64,000 nucleotides of DNA from Rebecca billardiae RCC1528 (taxonomy: Eukaryota > Protista > Haptophyta), in the NCBI GenBank assembly GCA_965240325.2, contig OZ251227.1, positions 1,302,001 to 1,366,000 of the forward strand, given 5' to 3'. The position numbers and the translations under genes were made by a program. The stretch's first letter is position 1, and each line of letters opens with the position of its first letter. Under the pieces are notes generated by a model. It saw only the letters and a program-made list of their open reading frames with translations. It made no database searches and was not told the origin of the DNA. Shown piece by piece: positions 21,950-32,172 of this stretch.

Positions 21950-23221
21950 GCCTCCCCGTATGCTTCCAACCGGTTCCTCCCGGTTTAGCTTGGAAACCGG
22001 TCAACATGAAGCTGGAGAGAGCAAGGACCAGTGAAGGTGCTTCACACTGCTTTCAGCTTCCTCTCGGTTGCTTCCGGTTCCTCACGGTTCGGCAAGAGAG
22101 CAAGGACCGCCTTGCCACGAAGGTGCTTCAGCCTCCTCCGGTTGCTCGCTCCCTTCATGAGATCGGTGCGCAGTGATGATGAGCTGGAGTGATGAATGAG
22201 CTGAGGAAGCCGGACAACACCAAACAAGCACTAAGCAGTGCCGGACCGCCCCGGGCCGGGATGCGGGATCGCGGGCGCCCTCGCCAAAGGCGCGCGCTCC
22301 TTGCGGCCGCGGATCTCCCAGTGGATGCGGCGCGTGGTCGGCTCGCACTACGGCTACATCGCCCGCTGGCAATGCCCGCGTCGCGTCGCGCAAGGCACGT
22401 GCACGCTCGGCTGAGAGCTATGCCGAGCTTGCGGTTTGGCGGCGCACGCGTGCACGGCGGCCAAGGCGCGAGACAGGCGAAGCTAGGCAAGGCGCGCGCC
22501 GCGCTGCGGCGCGCGAGGCCATCGACAAGCCGCGAGCCCGCGCCGGATCGCTCGGCGTGCGCGGCAGCGGCCGCACGAGCCCACGCCGTGCACGCCCCGA
22601 GCGGCCCGCCACAGCGGCAGCGGCCCCGCACGCCGCGCCGCCGCAAAAAATCGGTGCTGAAGTTCCGGCGCCGGACTCCGCTGGAGTCGGCGACCCTGAC
22701 CACCCTTGGCCTCCCCGTATGCTTCGGTTCCTCCCGGTTGCTTGGAAACCGGTCAACATGAAGCTGGAGAGAGCAAGGACCAGTGAAGGTGCTTTGAAAC
22801 ACTGCTTTCAGCTTCCTCTCGGTTGCTTCCGGTTCCTCACGGTTCGGCAAGAGAGCAAGGACCCGTGACTACAGTTTATTTGTTTTAACGTGCGTAAGGC
22901 TCACGGTGGCAGGTTGCCGCGCCATCCTTCATCGCACGCTCTCCGAAGAGAGACCTGGAAACTGGGGGTAGGTGCTTCAGCTTCGTCCTCCGTTGCTCGC
23001 TCCCTTCAAGAGATCGGTGCACAGTGATCGGTGAAGGAGTGAGGACTGTGATGATGTCATGATCGGCTGAGGAAGCCGGACAAACACCAAGCAAAGTGCC
23101 GGACCGCCCCGGCCGGCGGTGCGGAAGCACTGCGCGCAGGCGGGTCTACGATGCTTCGCCCTCGCCAAGGCGCGCGCTTCTTGCGGCCGCAGATCTCCCA
23201 GTGGATGCGGCGCGTGGTCGG
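21950..23221. repeat. Diverged ~400-bp direct duplication (21950-22341 vs 22710-23221); the second copy carries a ~100-bp insertion
   Basis: Shared CCTCCCCGTATGCTTC..GGAAACCGGTCAACATGAAGCTGGAGAGAGCAAGGACC..AGGTGCTTCAG..GATCTCCCAGTGGATGCGGCGCGTGGTCGG. Confidence 0.85.
22869..22965 (-). mobile_element. Short dispersed repeat (SINE-like or retroposon 3' end), copy 1
   Basis: Its reverse complement matches 56741-56856. It is absent from the sister copy of the local duplication. Confidence 0.6.
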
Positions 23222-23529
23222 TGCCAAGGCGCATGCGGAATAGTGTGTGCCCCTCGTACCTGAACCTCACCCCGGCTGCTCGCCGGACCCAGCGCCATGA
23301 CCGCTGCGCGCACCGCGTGCGCGTGCGGCTCGCAGTCGCGGACGCTTCGTCCGCAAACCGCGGGCGGTCAGAAGGATGCAGCAGCTTCGGGAGGTGCCGC
23401 ATCGGAGTGCCTGCTGCTTCGAGCTGCTGCTTCTTGCTTCTCCCACCACCTGCGAGCACTCCCACCACCTGCGCGCTTGCTTCTGCTTGCTTCTCCCACC
23501 ACCTGCGCGCTTGTTTCTTGCGTGCACTG

Positions 23530-24192
23530 CAGTACGGCATACCATGCACGCAGCAGTACCGCCATACCATGCGCACAGCAGTGCCATACCATGCGCGCAG
23601 CAGTACCGCCAGTACCATACCATCATGCGTGCAGCAGTACCATACCATGCACGCGGCAGTACCATACCATGCGCGCAGCAGCAGTACATACCTGATCATG
23701 CGTGCAGCAGAGTACCATACTACCATGCGCACAGCAGTACCATACCATGCGCGCAGCAGTACCATACCATCATGCACGCAGCAGTACCATACCATGCGCG
23801 CAGCAGTAGGCCATAACATAGACCATGCAGTACCATACCATGCGTCACGCATCAGTACTCCACACTAGCTAGTAGCTACAGTGCGCGCAGCAGTACCCAC
23901 CATACCATGCGCGCAGCAGTACTGCATACCATGCGAGCAGCAGTACCATACCATTACGGCCATCATGCGTACTACATGCATGCAGCAGTACCATACCATG
24001 CGCTCAGCAGTACCGCATACTACCATGCGCGCAGCAGTACCAGTTACAGTACCAATCATGAATGCGTGCACTCAGTACCATACCATGCGACCATGTGAGT
24101 GCCATACCACGAGCCCAGCAGTACCATACCATGCGCGCAGCACGGTACCGCCAGTACTCTGTCACTACTGGTACCATCATGCGTGCAGCAGT
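23530..24192. repeat. Degenerate minisatellite, unit approximately GCAGCAGTACCATACCATGCGC (22 bp)
   Basis: Many imperfect tandem copies, preceded by three CTCCCACCACCTGCG repeats at 23439-23510. Confidence 0.9.
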
Positions 24193-24459
24193 ATTGATGA
24201 AGTCGTGGTGGCCTGTTATGTGGCGCGCGGCGCTGACTGGTCACAGAGCTGTAGGCCAGCGGGGCGAGCCCTGCATTCCGGTAGGACCGGGGTGAATGCA
24301 GCATTGCCGGGTGCAACCCGGCAATGCCCGCCTGAATGGTAATCATGATAATACTATTGCTCATCACACTTATTATAATAGCGCGCTCATTAATGTCTGT
24401 CTGTATATTCGGCCCGGTGCGACAAGTTGTCAGACTTATTTTAAAGTTGCATGTATCAT

Positions 24460-26144
24460 GGCCCGCGGTGCAGGGCGGAGCGCGCAGCGTGGAGCCCGCA
24501 CCAGCGGGCCCGAACAACGTTTCAAAAAGATCTTTGATCAAGAAAAAAGGGACGGGGGACGATTTTCATGGCTGGAGGAGACCGAGTTTCGATTTTGAGA
24601 CGACTCCCTTACAGGTGCATTAGCGTCGAAAAAGGTCGCGCCCACGGCAAGTAGTCATAGTAAAGCGTGGAGTGACGCCCGTCCAAAAAACTTCACGCCC
24701 TTTAGGATCCCTAACGTAACGAACCGTTACAAGCGATTTTTCCGGCCAATGAGATTGCAGCAAGGTCCAAGGTCAAGGAGCGATGACGTATCTAGATACA
24801 GATTGCCGCGAACCGATGTGACCATGTACGTCCCTTGAATCAGTTGAATCAACTATTCAATCGCGCCGTGTCTGTATCAGGAGCCGACGAGGCAAGGGTC
24901 AGTAGCCGATGGGCCAACCTCGGCGAATCTCAATACTATCTGACGCGAACGGACTTGGTTGGGCGCGCGCGTGGCCCCGGGCGGCGGCCCACCAAGTGAC
25001 CAGAGGCGGCCCGCGTTTGGAGGCGAGCCACGGGCACGAGGCTCACGAGCGACCGGGTGAGGACGGCGATGGGCAGGTGCGCGCGGCGAATGGCGCCTGG
25101 AGCGCGCGGCTGCGGCGGGTCCCGACTGCCGTCGACATCGCGTTCGTCGTGCCCCCGCTCACTCCGCGCGCCCCCGCCGCCCCTGCCGCCCTGTCGATGC
25201 CTCGGCGCGGCCTTGCGCGGCCCCGGCGCGTCCGCGAGCCGGCGCCGCAGCCGCCGCCCTGTGTTCGGGCTCTCGCAAGCTCGGGGGCAGCGGCGCCTGA
25301 TGCCGGACTGATCGATCTCTGAGCCTTCGACTTCACCACGCGCCGCCCTTGCCATGCCTTTCCGGGGTCTCCCAGAACTCTTCTTGATTGAGAGAGAGCA
25401 GGCGCGCCGACGATCCGAGTCCATCGTCGGTCGACTCTGAGCGAGGGCTACGCCTCGGAACTGAACGGTACTCTACGAGGAGGACGAGCTGCGCGGGCGA
25501 CGGTGGTGCGTGACGTCCCCAGAGCTGGCCGTGCCTCTGCAACGCGTGCCGAGCCTGATCGAGGTGTGTCAGCTGCCCGTGCACGCGCGGCGAGTGCGCG
25601 AACCGGATCACCGGTGCCCTCGCACCTCGGCACCGTGCTCCCTCGGGCTGTCAGCTCCGCGTGGCCTGGCGTGCACGTAGAGTTGCGCTCATGCGTCGAT
25701 CACGCCTCGCGCCCGCCTGTCGGCCGTCGCGCAGGCGCTGGTCGAACCCTACTCGGACCCTACTCCTCCAGCCCTACTCCCGGGCGCTGCCGGCGCGGGG
25801 GGTGACTACCCCGGGGACAGCGGTCAGCAGCAGCGGCCCGAACGAATCCGCGGCCCCGCACCGTGCTCCCTGGCTGTCAGCTCCGCGTGGCCTGGTGTGC
25901 ACGTGGAGTCGCGCTCATGCGTCGATCACGCCTCGTCGCATCCGCCTGTACACAATCGGCGCCGCGCCGGCGGCTGCAATGGGCCCGCCCGGCGCGGCGG
26001 GCGGCGGCGCGCCGCTGATGGAGTCTAGTTGTACGGGCATATGCAACTGGTCTGTCAATAGACGACTGCGACGGAGGGTGCACCGCCACCGCGGGCCCTG
26101 AACTACGTTCGTTCTACGGAAAAAGGACCGCGGAACGCGGTCAT
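24460..26144 (+). mobile_element. Non-autonomous Helentron/Helitron2-like element, copy B
   Basis: 5' GGCCCGCGGTGCA (24460-24472), inner IR at 24498-24510 and ~140 bp of 5' similarity to copy A. 3' IR at 26079-26097 with a CACCGC duplication. The identical hairpin at 26126-26142 is followed by (AT)n. Internal ~80-bp direct repeat at 25630 and 25859. Confidence 0.7.
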
Positions 26145-27299
26145 ATATATATATCATAGTTATTCGCGGCCCCGTGCGTCGAGGGCGCCAGGCTCCGAAG
26201 TAAGTTAAAGTATTAGTCAGAGAGTAAGACCAATAATTAGTAAGACCAGTCCAAGCGCGCACGTGGCCGCGCAGGGCACACGGTCACGGGGACGACTACA
26301 TCACCGCCGGATCACCCACCAGGCCCAGGGCCCAGCGGCTGAGACTGGCCGTCTGACATCCGGACCTGCACCCTCGCCCTCGCTCGGGGCACAGCAGGTC
26401 CATGCGAGCCGCGCAGCGCACGGGTGGATCGCGCTCCCCGGAGCAGCTCTGAGCTCAAGGCCGCGCTCAAGCCATTGGCATTCGATCGCGGTTCAGGCTA
26501 TGGCGGCTATGCTCTGCCACCAGCGCCGACTTCGTCGACTGATCGGGCACTGCCGACCGGACGAATCACTCAATCAGGACACCTGCGCCGTCCTAGTTAG
26601 TAGTTACCTGCTGTGTCGTTATTAAATCATAGAATGAGTCCGGGGCGTCAGCACGGTGCGGCCCTACTGAATGACTAATGAATAAATGCCTAAGTGGGCT
26701 TAGTTCGATCAGTAAGACCGCACCGACTAACCGACAGTCCGACTGAGTAACTCTGAGTTCGGAGTGTCCGACGGCGACTCACGACTGACGAGTGCGGAGT
26801 GACTCAGTCAGTGACGGTGTGACAGTGTGTGTCACGCCGTGACGCTGTGAGTGGCACGTTATGAGTGAGTGACGTTACTCAGAGTGACGTAGCAGATACA
26901 ATTGACATCGCGTGATGATCGCGGAGGCCGAGTGCCGGAGGCAGGCGAGTCCAGCGACGGGCACGGGCGCTGGAGTGCCCACTGAGGCCACCACCGTAGG
27001 CGTCAGCCCCGCCATCCGGGAACCAGGCCGTGGCGGCGGCGGCCACGGGGGGCAGCCAAGGTCGGGCTAGACTTGCGAAAGCGTAGTTGCGTGCACCCGC
27101 CAGCTTATAGAACCGCGATGCCGCAAAGTGCACGCACAGCTCACAAAAGGGCCACAACATCACTGACAGGCAGACGGAATGCTCGGCGTTGCACGACAAC
27201 CGTGCAACACCTCGAAAGTTGCCGTTGCTGCTCACCCGCGAGGAGTGCAGGAGCAGGGGGGAAGGGGGTGGGGACCAGCGTGGCATAGCATGGCCAGTG

Positions 27300-27863
27300 T
27301 CACAGGAACGAGCTGACCTCCGCGTAGGAGAGCTGTCGCGAGTGGTCCGTATCCATCGCGAGGAAGAGCTCTGTTTCATCTGGCAGCCAGTAAACCGTCT
27401 GGCGATTGGTGTTGATAATGTTGCTGTTCAGCGCGTTGAGCGCCTCGTCGTAGTCCAGGTGTTTGTTCCGATCCTCATCGAAGGTCGTGAACATCGATGT
27501 GACCGCAGGATTCCACGTCTGCTTCTCGACATGTTGTGGCTCGCTGCGATAGGCGTTAGGCATGACGACGTTCGAGTCGAGACGCTGAGTGTATCGGAAG
27601 TCGTTCGTCCGCCCGGCGCCCGTCCGTCGTTCAACTAATAATCGACTAATCGGAGAAGTCCATTTCGACGACGGACGAATCAGAGCGCAGCGTGGAGGAA
27701 AGTTGCGTTTGAAACGAGCGAAGCGTTTCGTCTGCGAGAGTTGCCCGCGTCGGCTAGCCAATCGGGTGTCAGAAGCTGATCCTCCGGTACCCACCACGAA
27801 CAAAGACCCAGCGAGTTCCGGGCTTGCAGCCGCCTGCGCAGCATGGCGTCGCTGCGCCACCAT
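27300..27863 (-). CDS. Small EF-hand calcium-binding protein (start at 27863 or 27563)
   Basis: Two EF-hand loops: FTTFDEDRNKHLDYDEALNAL and FLAMDTDHSRQLSYAEVSSFL. GC content is lower than in neighbouring genes. Confidence 0.55.
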   Translation of the reverse strand: MVAQRRHAAQAAASPELAGSLFVVGTGGSASDTRLASRRGQLSQTKRFARFKRNFPPRCALIRPSSKWTSPISRLLVERRTGAGRTNDFRYTQRLDSNVVMPNAYRSEPQHVEKQTWNPAVTSMFTTFDEDRNKHLDYDEALNALNSNIINTNRQTVYWLPDETELFLAMDTDHSRQLSYAEVSSFL

Positions 27864-28997
27864 GGGTCATGGAGCCTTGCTTTTTGCATCTTGGATCTTG
27901 TGATCTTGTCCAGCTACATTTGCTGTGCAGTTACGCCGCCGCCGCGGAGGTCATGTTCATCAGGATGACTGGCAGTGCGAGTAGCCTGTGCGACGCCAGG
28001 GTGGCCGGATAGCAATGCACAGCGCACTCTCCTGCTGGCAGCAAAAGTGGGGCCGACGTTTGGCCAGGCGGCTTGAGTGCCGCAACTTGAGAATGGCAGT
28101 TGTCACAGCACGGCTGACTTGGTAGCACTCAACCCCACACCGCCGTTAGGCATGGACCTGCAGGCAATCAAGCCGCCGCCGGCCCCGGCGCCAGGCGCGG
28201 ACTCCGCCACTCGGAGCGCCCGGAGCCGCTGACCATTGACCAACGGAGTGGGCTTGACTAACTGCTACTAGCGGATGAGCCATCAGGTCTGGCGACGAGA
28301 GCCCTTCATACTAAAATTGGAAGCCAACGTGCTGGGGCGGCCTGAAGACTCTGCTCGGCTGGGGTAGTGGGGGCAACCGCGGTCAGTGATGATCTGTATT
28401 GGCATGCCGATGTCAAGATAGTAACGAAATAGTATTCGGCGTCGTGAATTTTAATTCAATAACATTGGGCCGCGGCATCATTGACCGGGCGTGATTGTCT
28501 TGACTCTGAGATTCAGGGCTGGGAATTCGTCGTGCCGTGACCGACACGTGTCGTCACGTCTGCCCAACAGGCGTGATCACGTGACACTTCACGCCGACGA
28601 GCGGGGGCCTCGCCAGCCTCACAGCCTGAGGCGCCGATTTTTTTATTGGGCCTATTTAGAGCCAAATAACGACGATCTCATTCATAAGAAGCCAGTCCGG
28701 GTCGACACATGCCGACTACCGGGTTTTCACGTCACGGAGCCATTGCCGACGTGACGTCACAGTGGCAACGCCGCGTCTCGCGACTATAGGGCTCGGCGCG
28801 TCGGTCACAGAATACGCGACGATATATATTCCAGTCGTTGGACTGTAGCAGTACAGTATGTAGTGCGGCTCTGGCTAACAGTCGTGTAGTAGTGACTGCG
28901 AGTGACCGCACAGCCCTGGCATCGAGAGGGCCGGGGCAAGCGCCAGTGGCCGTTCGCGGTTCGGAGAGCGCAGGCTGCATCAGCGGCGTCGGTGACC

Positions 28998-30260
28998 TCA
29001 GAGCGTGTGCGTCAGCGCGACGGTGAGCGCCGTCGTGCCAATGTGCGCGACGAGCCAGCAGCACGCCACGGTGACGCACGCCAGCGCGATCGCCTGCTGC
29101 CTGCGGCTCTGGGCGAGAGCTGCGTACAGGGACGACGCGTAGTGGGCGCCGACACGGCACATGCCCTCGTCCGAGCCGAACTCGGGCACGTAGCCCAGGT
29201 CTGCGGCCGCGCGCCGTATGGAGCACGTGTGGTGCACCGACAGCTTGTACACCTCGGCGCGCGTGAGAGCAGGCCGGAGGGCCACGATCGGCCTGAGCGC
29301 CGCGCATGCGAGCTCGAGCGCATGAGCGAGCGCGAGGACGGGTAAGCGGGGCAGCCGCACGGCACGGGTGGGCATGCCGAGGGCGCTGACGAGCGGTGCG
29401 AAGAAGATCCACGCATTCCTCGGCGTCCCGTCGGTCACGAAGAAGGGCCGTCCACCGACGTCCACCGCGCCTACCGCCGCCTGTTTGCCGGTCCATTGTG
29501 CCGGCGGCCGTAGCAGCGTGCCCGCCGCGCACACGCAGGCGTCGACGAGGTTGTCGACGTGCACCCAGTCGGCACGCGCCGAGGCCGGGCCGACGGCGAG
29601 GCAAAACAGCCCTGCTGCTGCGAGTGCAGCAGCGCGCGGCAGGTTGCGTCGCTCGTGCTCGCCGTAGATCACCGCTGGCCGCAGCGCAAGAGTGCGCAGC
29701 GCCACGCTGTGAGCAGCTAGCACCTGTTGCTCGGCGATCATTTTGCTGCGTGCGTGCGCGTCAGTTTGCCGCTCGAGGGGCCAGTAGGGTACGTCCTCGT
29801 TCGCGTCAACCAGCGGCTCCGAGCCGAAGCACACGCTTAGCGTCGAGAGGTAGACCAGCGCCTGCACGCCGCACCGGCGGCACGCATCGATGACGCGCGT
29901 CGTGCTGCCTATGTTCACCGCGTAGATGCGGGCGGGCGGTGCGAGCAGATTGGCGCCGGATTTGCTGTGCGACGCAAAGTGAAAGACGACGTCGATGTTC
30001 TCGCACGGTACCTCGTCGTGCGAGAGGTCGCAGCGCACGTAATCCACGCGCCGCGAGGCCAGCAGCACCGCCATCGACTCGATCGTGCCAGGGTCGCGCA
30101 CATCAACCAGCCGCACGCCGGCGACGGAGGGGTGCAGATCCAGGATGCGGCGTGCCAGCATCTCGCCCACATACCCGCATCCGCCCGTGATCAGCACTCG
30201 CTTGCCTGCGAGCTCGCGACCCCTCAGAAGCCATTCGGGGATCGCGGCGTCGCCCGCCAT
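28998..30260 (-). CDS. 3-beta-hydroxysteroid dehydrogenase/extended SDR, SDR42E1-like, with a C-terminal hydrophobic anchor
   Basis: VLITGGCGYVG, VFHFAS, VNIGST, LVYLST..V, ALRPAVIYGEHE, DWVHVDNLV, FFVTDG.P, LTRAEVYK, A..DLGY.P. The catalytic motif reads HARSK. Confidence 0.88.
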   Translation of the reverse strand: MAGDAAIPEWLLRGRELAGKRVLITGGCGYVGEMLARRILDLHPSVAGVRLVDVRDPGTIESMAVLLASRRVDYVRCDLSHDEVPCENIDVVFHFASHSKSGANLLAPPARIYAVNIGSTTRVIDACRRCGVQALVYLSTLSVCFGSEPLVDANEDVPYWPLERQTDAHARSKMIAEQQVLAAHSVALRTLALRPAVIYGEHERRNLPRAAALAAAGLFCLAVGPASARADWVHVDNLVDACVCAAGTLLRPPAQWTGKQAAVGAVDVGGRPFFVTDGTPRNAWIFFAPLVSALGMPTRAVRLPRLPVLALAHALELACAALRPIVALRPALTRAEVYKLSVHHTCSIRRAAADLGYVPEFGSDEGMCRVGAHYASSLYAALAQSRRQQAIALACVTVACCWLVAHIGTTALTVALTHTL

Positions 30261-30749
30261 GCCGCGAGTGATCTGGACCGATGCAGCGATACCGTCTTGC
30301 CGACTTGACCCAGTGGAAGCCCGAAATTAATCTTATGTGCATGGCCGCCGAACGATTCCTGCCCGTGTACGCAACGGTGGGACAATCGATCGATCAAATG
30401 ACAAATCGGCATCAGTACCTGGTAGCTGAGCTACGAAACTTCATCAGTCTTTTCTCGTCGGCGAAGCCGGCGGCAGTCCGTCATCCAGATGCTGCTGCGG
30501 CTGATTTGTACAGCGCAGCAGTCGTCCCGTCATGTCGCGCGTCGTGAGCCCGCGTCAGGCCCATGACGGTCCGATGCGTTCAGTCTGATCGCATAGTGTA
30601 GTACTCGTTAACGCGGGCGTAGCGTCAGCAGGGCCAGGTGCCAAATGCGGGAAGTGGAACAAGAATCGCGAGCACCTCGATCGGCGAGCTTGCGGTCGAT
30701 GACAGCGCCAGGCGGGGTTCCGGGCTGCGAGCGACAAGTGCGATGCCGT

Positions 30750-32007
30750 CTATGGCTGCATCTTCTCGAGCAGCTTGTCGTAGTTGGCGTACACCGCGTC
30801 GAACATCATCTTTGTGATGCTCGCGCGCCGGCCGGCCTTGGGCAAGCCCTCGGCCACGTTGACGAGGTCGACGGGCTCGCCAACGGCGATGCCGACGCCT
30901 TCCCTTCTCAAGATGCGCTCCTGCGCGAGCGCGGCGGAGGGGGCAGGCAGCCGCGGGCCGCCGCGCGAGCATGAGACCAGCGGGCGCAGCCCGCTCGCTC
31001 GCCTGCCTCTGGCCGCGCGCCGCCGCGCGGCAGGGGTCTACGCTCACCTCGCCAACCTGGCCACCGATCTCGTCAGGCGGCGGCGTGATGGGGTAGGTGT
31101 ACATCGACATGGGGTAGAAGTGCGTCGTGCGCTGCGAGTGCTTCAGCGCCTGCGCGCCGAGTAGCCGGAACATGTCGATGTTCTTCTCGTCGAACGGCGC
31201 CGGCACGACGGCCCCGCCGGCGTCGGCGGAGGGGCGGTCGCGGCCGCCGCTCGGTGCGATCCACACGCACTGGCCGCCCTGGGCGAGCAGGTCGCCGAGC
31301 ATGCGCATGGCGCGCTGGTTGTGCGCCCGCTTCTGCTCCTTGAGCTCGGGCGGGTTCTCGATGTGCCGCTTCGAGAAGATGTTGAGCAGATTGCGCCCGA
31401 GGCTCATCGGCGCCGCCATCGGGTCGGTCGTCACGCGATCGCCCGCGACCGAGATCATGTGCGGGCAGAGCGTCGGGTACTTGTCGTCGAGCAGGATGGA
31501 GAGCACGGTGGGGTCGGGCTCGATCTGGTGGTTCGAGAAGATGATCACGTTCTCGCCCGCCGCGAGCTGCTCGGTGATGCGCACGAGCTGCTCCTCGCCG
31601 AGGATCACCGACTGCTCGAGGTTGACCATCGGCTCGAAGAAACTCTTGCCAAATTCGTAGTAATCAAACGGCTCGCGCAGCGAGCGGTGCAGGGGCTCGA
31701 ACCGGTACGGGTCGCGCACCTGGTCAATGGCCAGCTTGATGTACGTCGCGAGCTGCTGGTCCGCCACGTCCGGGTCCGTGCTCGCGCCCTTGGCGCACGT
31801 GGCGTACTGCCCCTCGAGCCCCTGCGCAACCGCGATGAATCCGGGCGGCGCCGCGCCCGAGGCCTGCAGCTGGTGCACGAGGCCCTGCACGCGGCTCGGG
31901 CCGGTGGTGGAGGTCATGCGCATGCCCGAGCGAGGGGTGACCGCCTGCCGCAGAAAGGCGCCCCCCGCCAGGCCCGCGAGCATGACATGCATCACGGCCG
32001 GTGTCAT
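30750..32007 (-). CDS. Plastid glycerol-3-phosphate O-acyltransferase (GPAT, ATS1-type). Exons 32007-31048 and 30920-30750.
   Basis: Catalytic NHQIEPDP (HxxxxD), AGDRVTTDPMAAPMSLGRNL, WIAPSGGRDRP, HFYPM. Leader is signal plus transit-like (LAGLAGGAFLRQ). Intron 30921-31047 (GAG|GTGAGC...GCGCAG|GAG). Stop TAG at 30750-30752. Confidence 0.92.
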
Positions 32008-32172
32008 TGTGTGCGCCGATGCACGAGGGAGGGACGGATCCGTCACTCCGCGTGGCCAGAGATTCTCTCTGCGCGGCTAAAAAAGATTTCAGATTTGCGC
32101 GGGAACAAAAAGACTCCGGGGCGGGCAGCAGCCATCGCACGTCCACGCGTCCCCGCCCGGGCCGGCGGCATC
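32008..32172. promoter_or_regulatory. Probable bidirectional promoter between GPAT and ThrRS
   Basis: Head-to-head starts about 165 bp apart with A-tracts (AAAAAAGATTTC, ACAAAAAG). Inferred from geometry only. Confidence 0.5.

Noticed and set aside
23530-24192. CRISPR-like array, or repetitive proteins (WYGTAAR/AAVPYH ORFs)
   Set aside because: Contiguous degenerate units without unique spacers, no cas genes, eukaryotic context. The ORFs are translations of the minisatellite.
26690-26900. TGAC/GAGT/GTCA-dense tract (similar at 52020-52150 and 56400-56520)
   Set aside because: No fixed period or conserved unit. Looks like slippage-derived low complexity.
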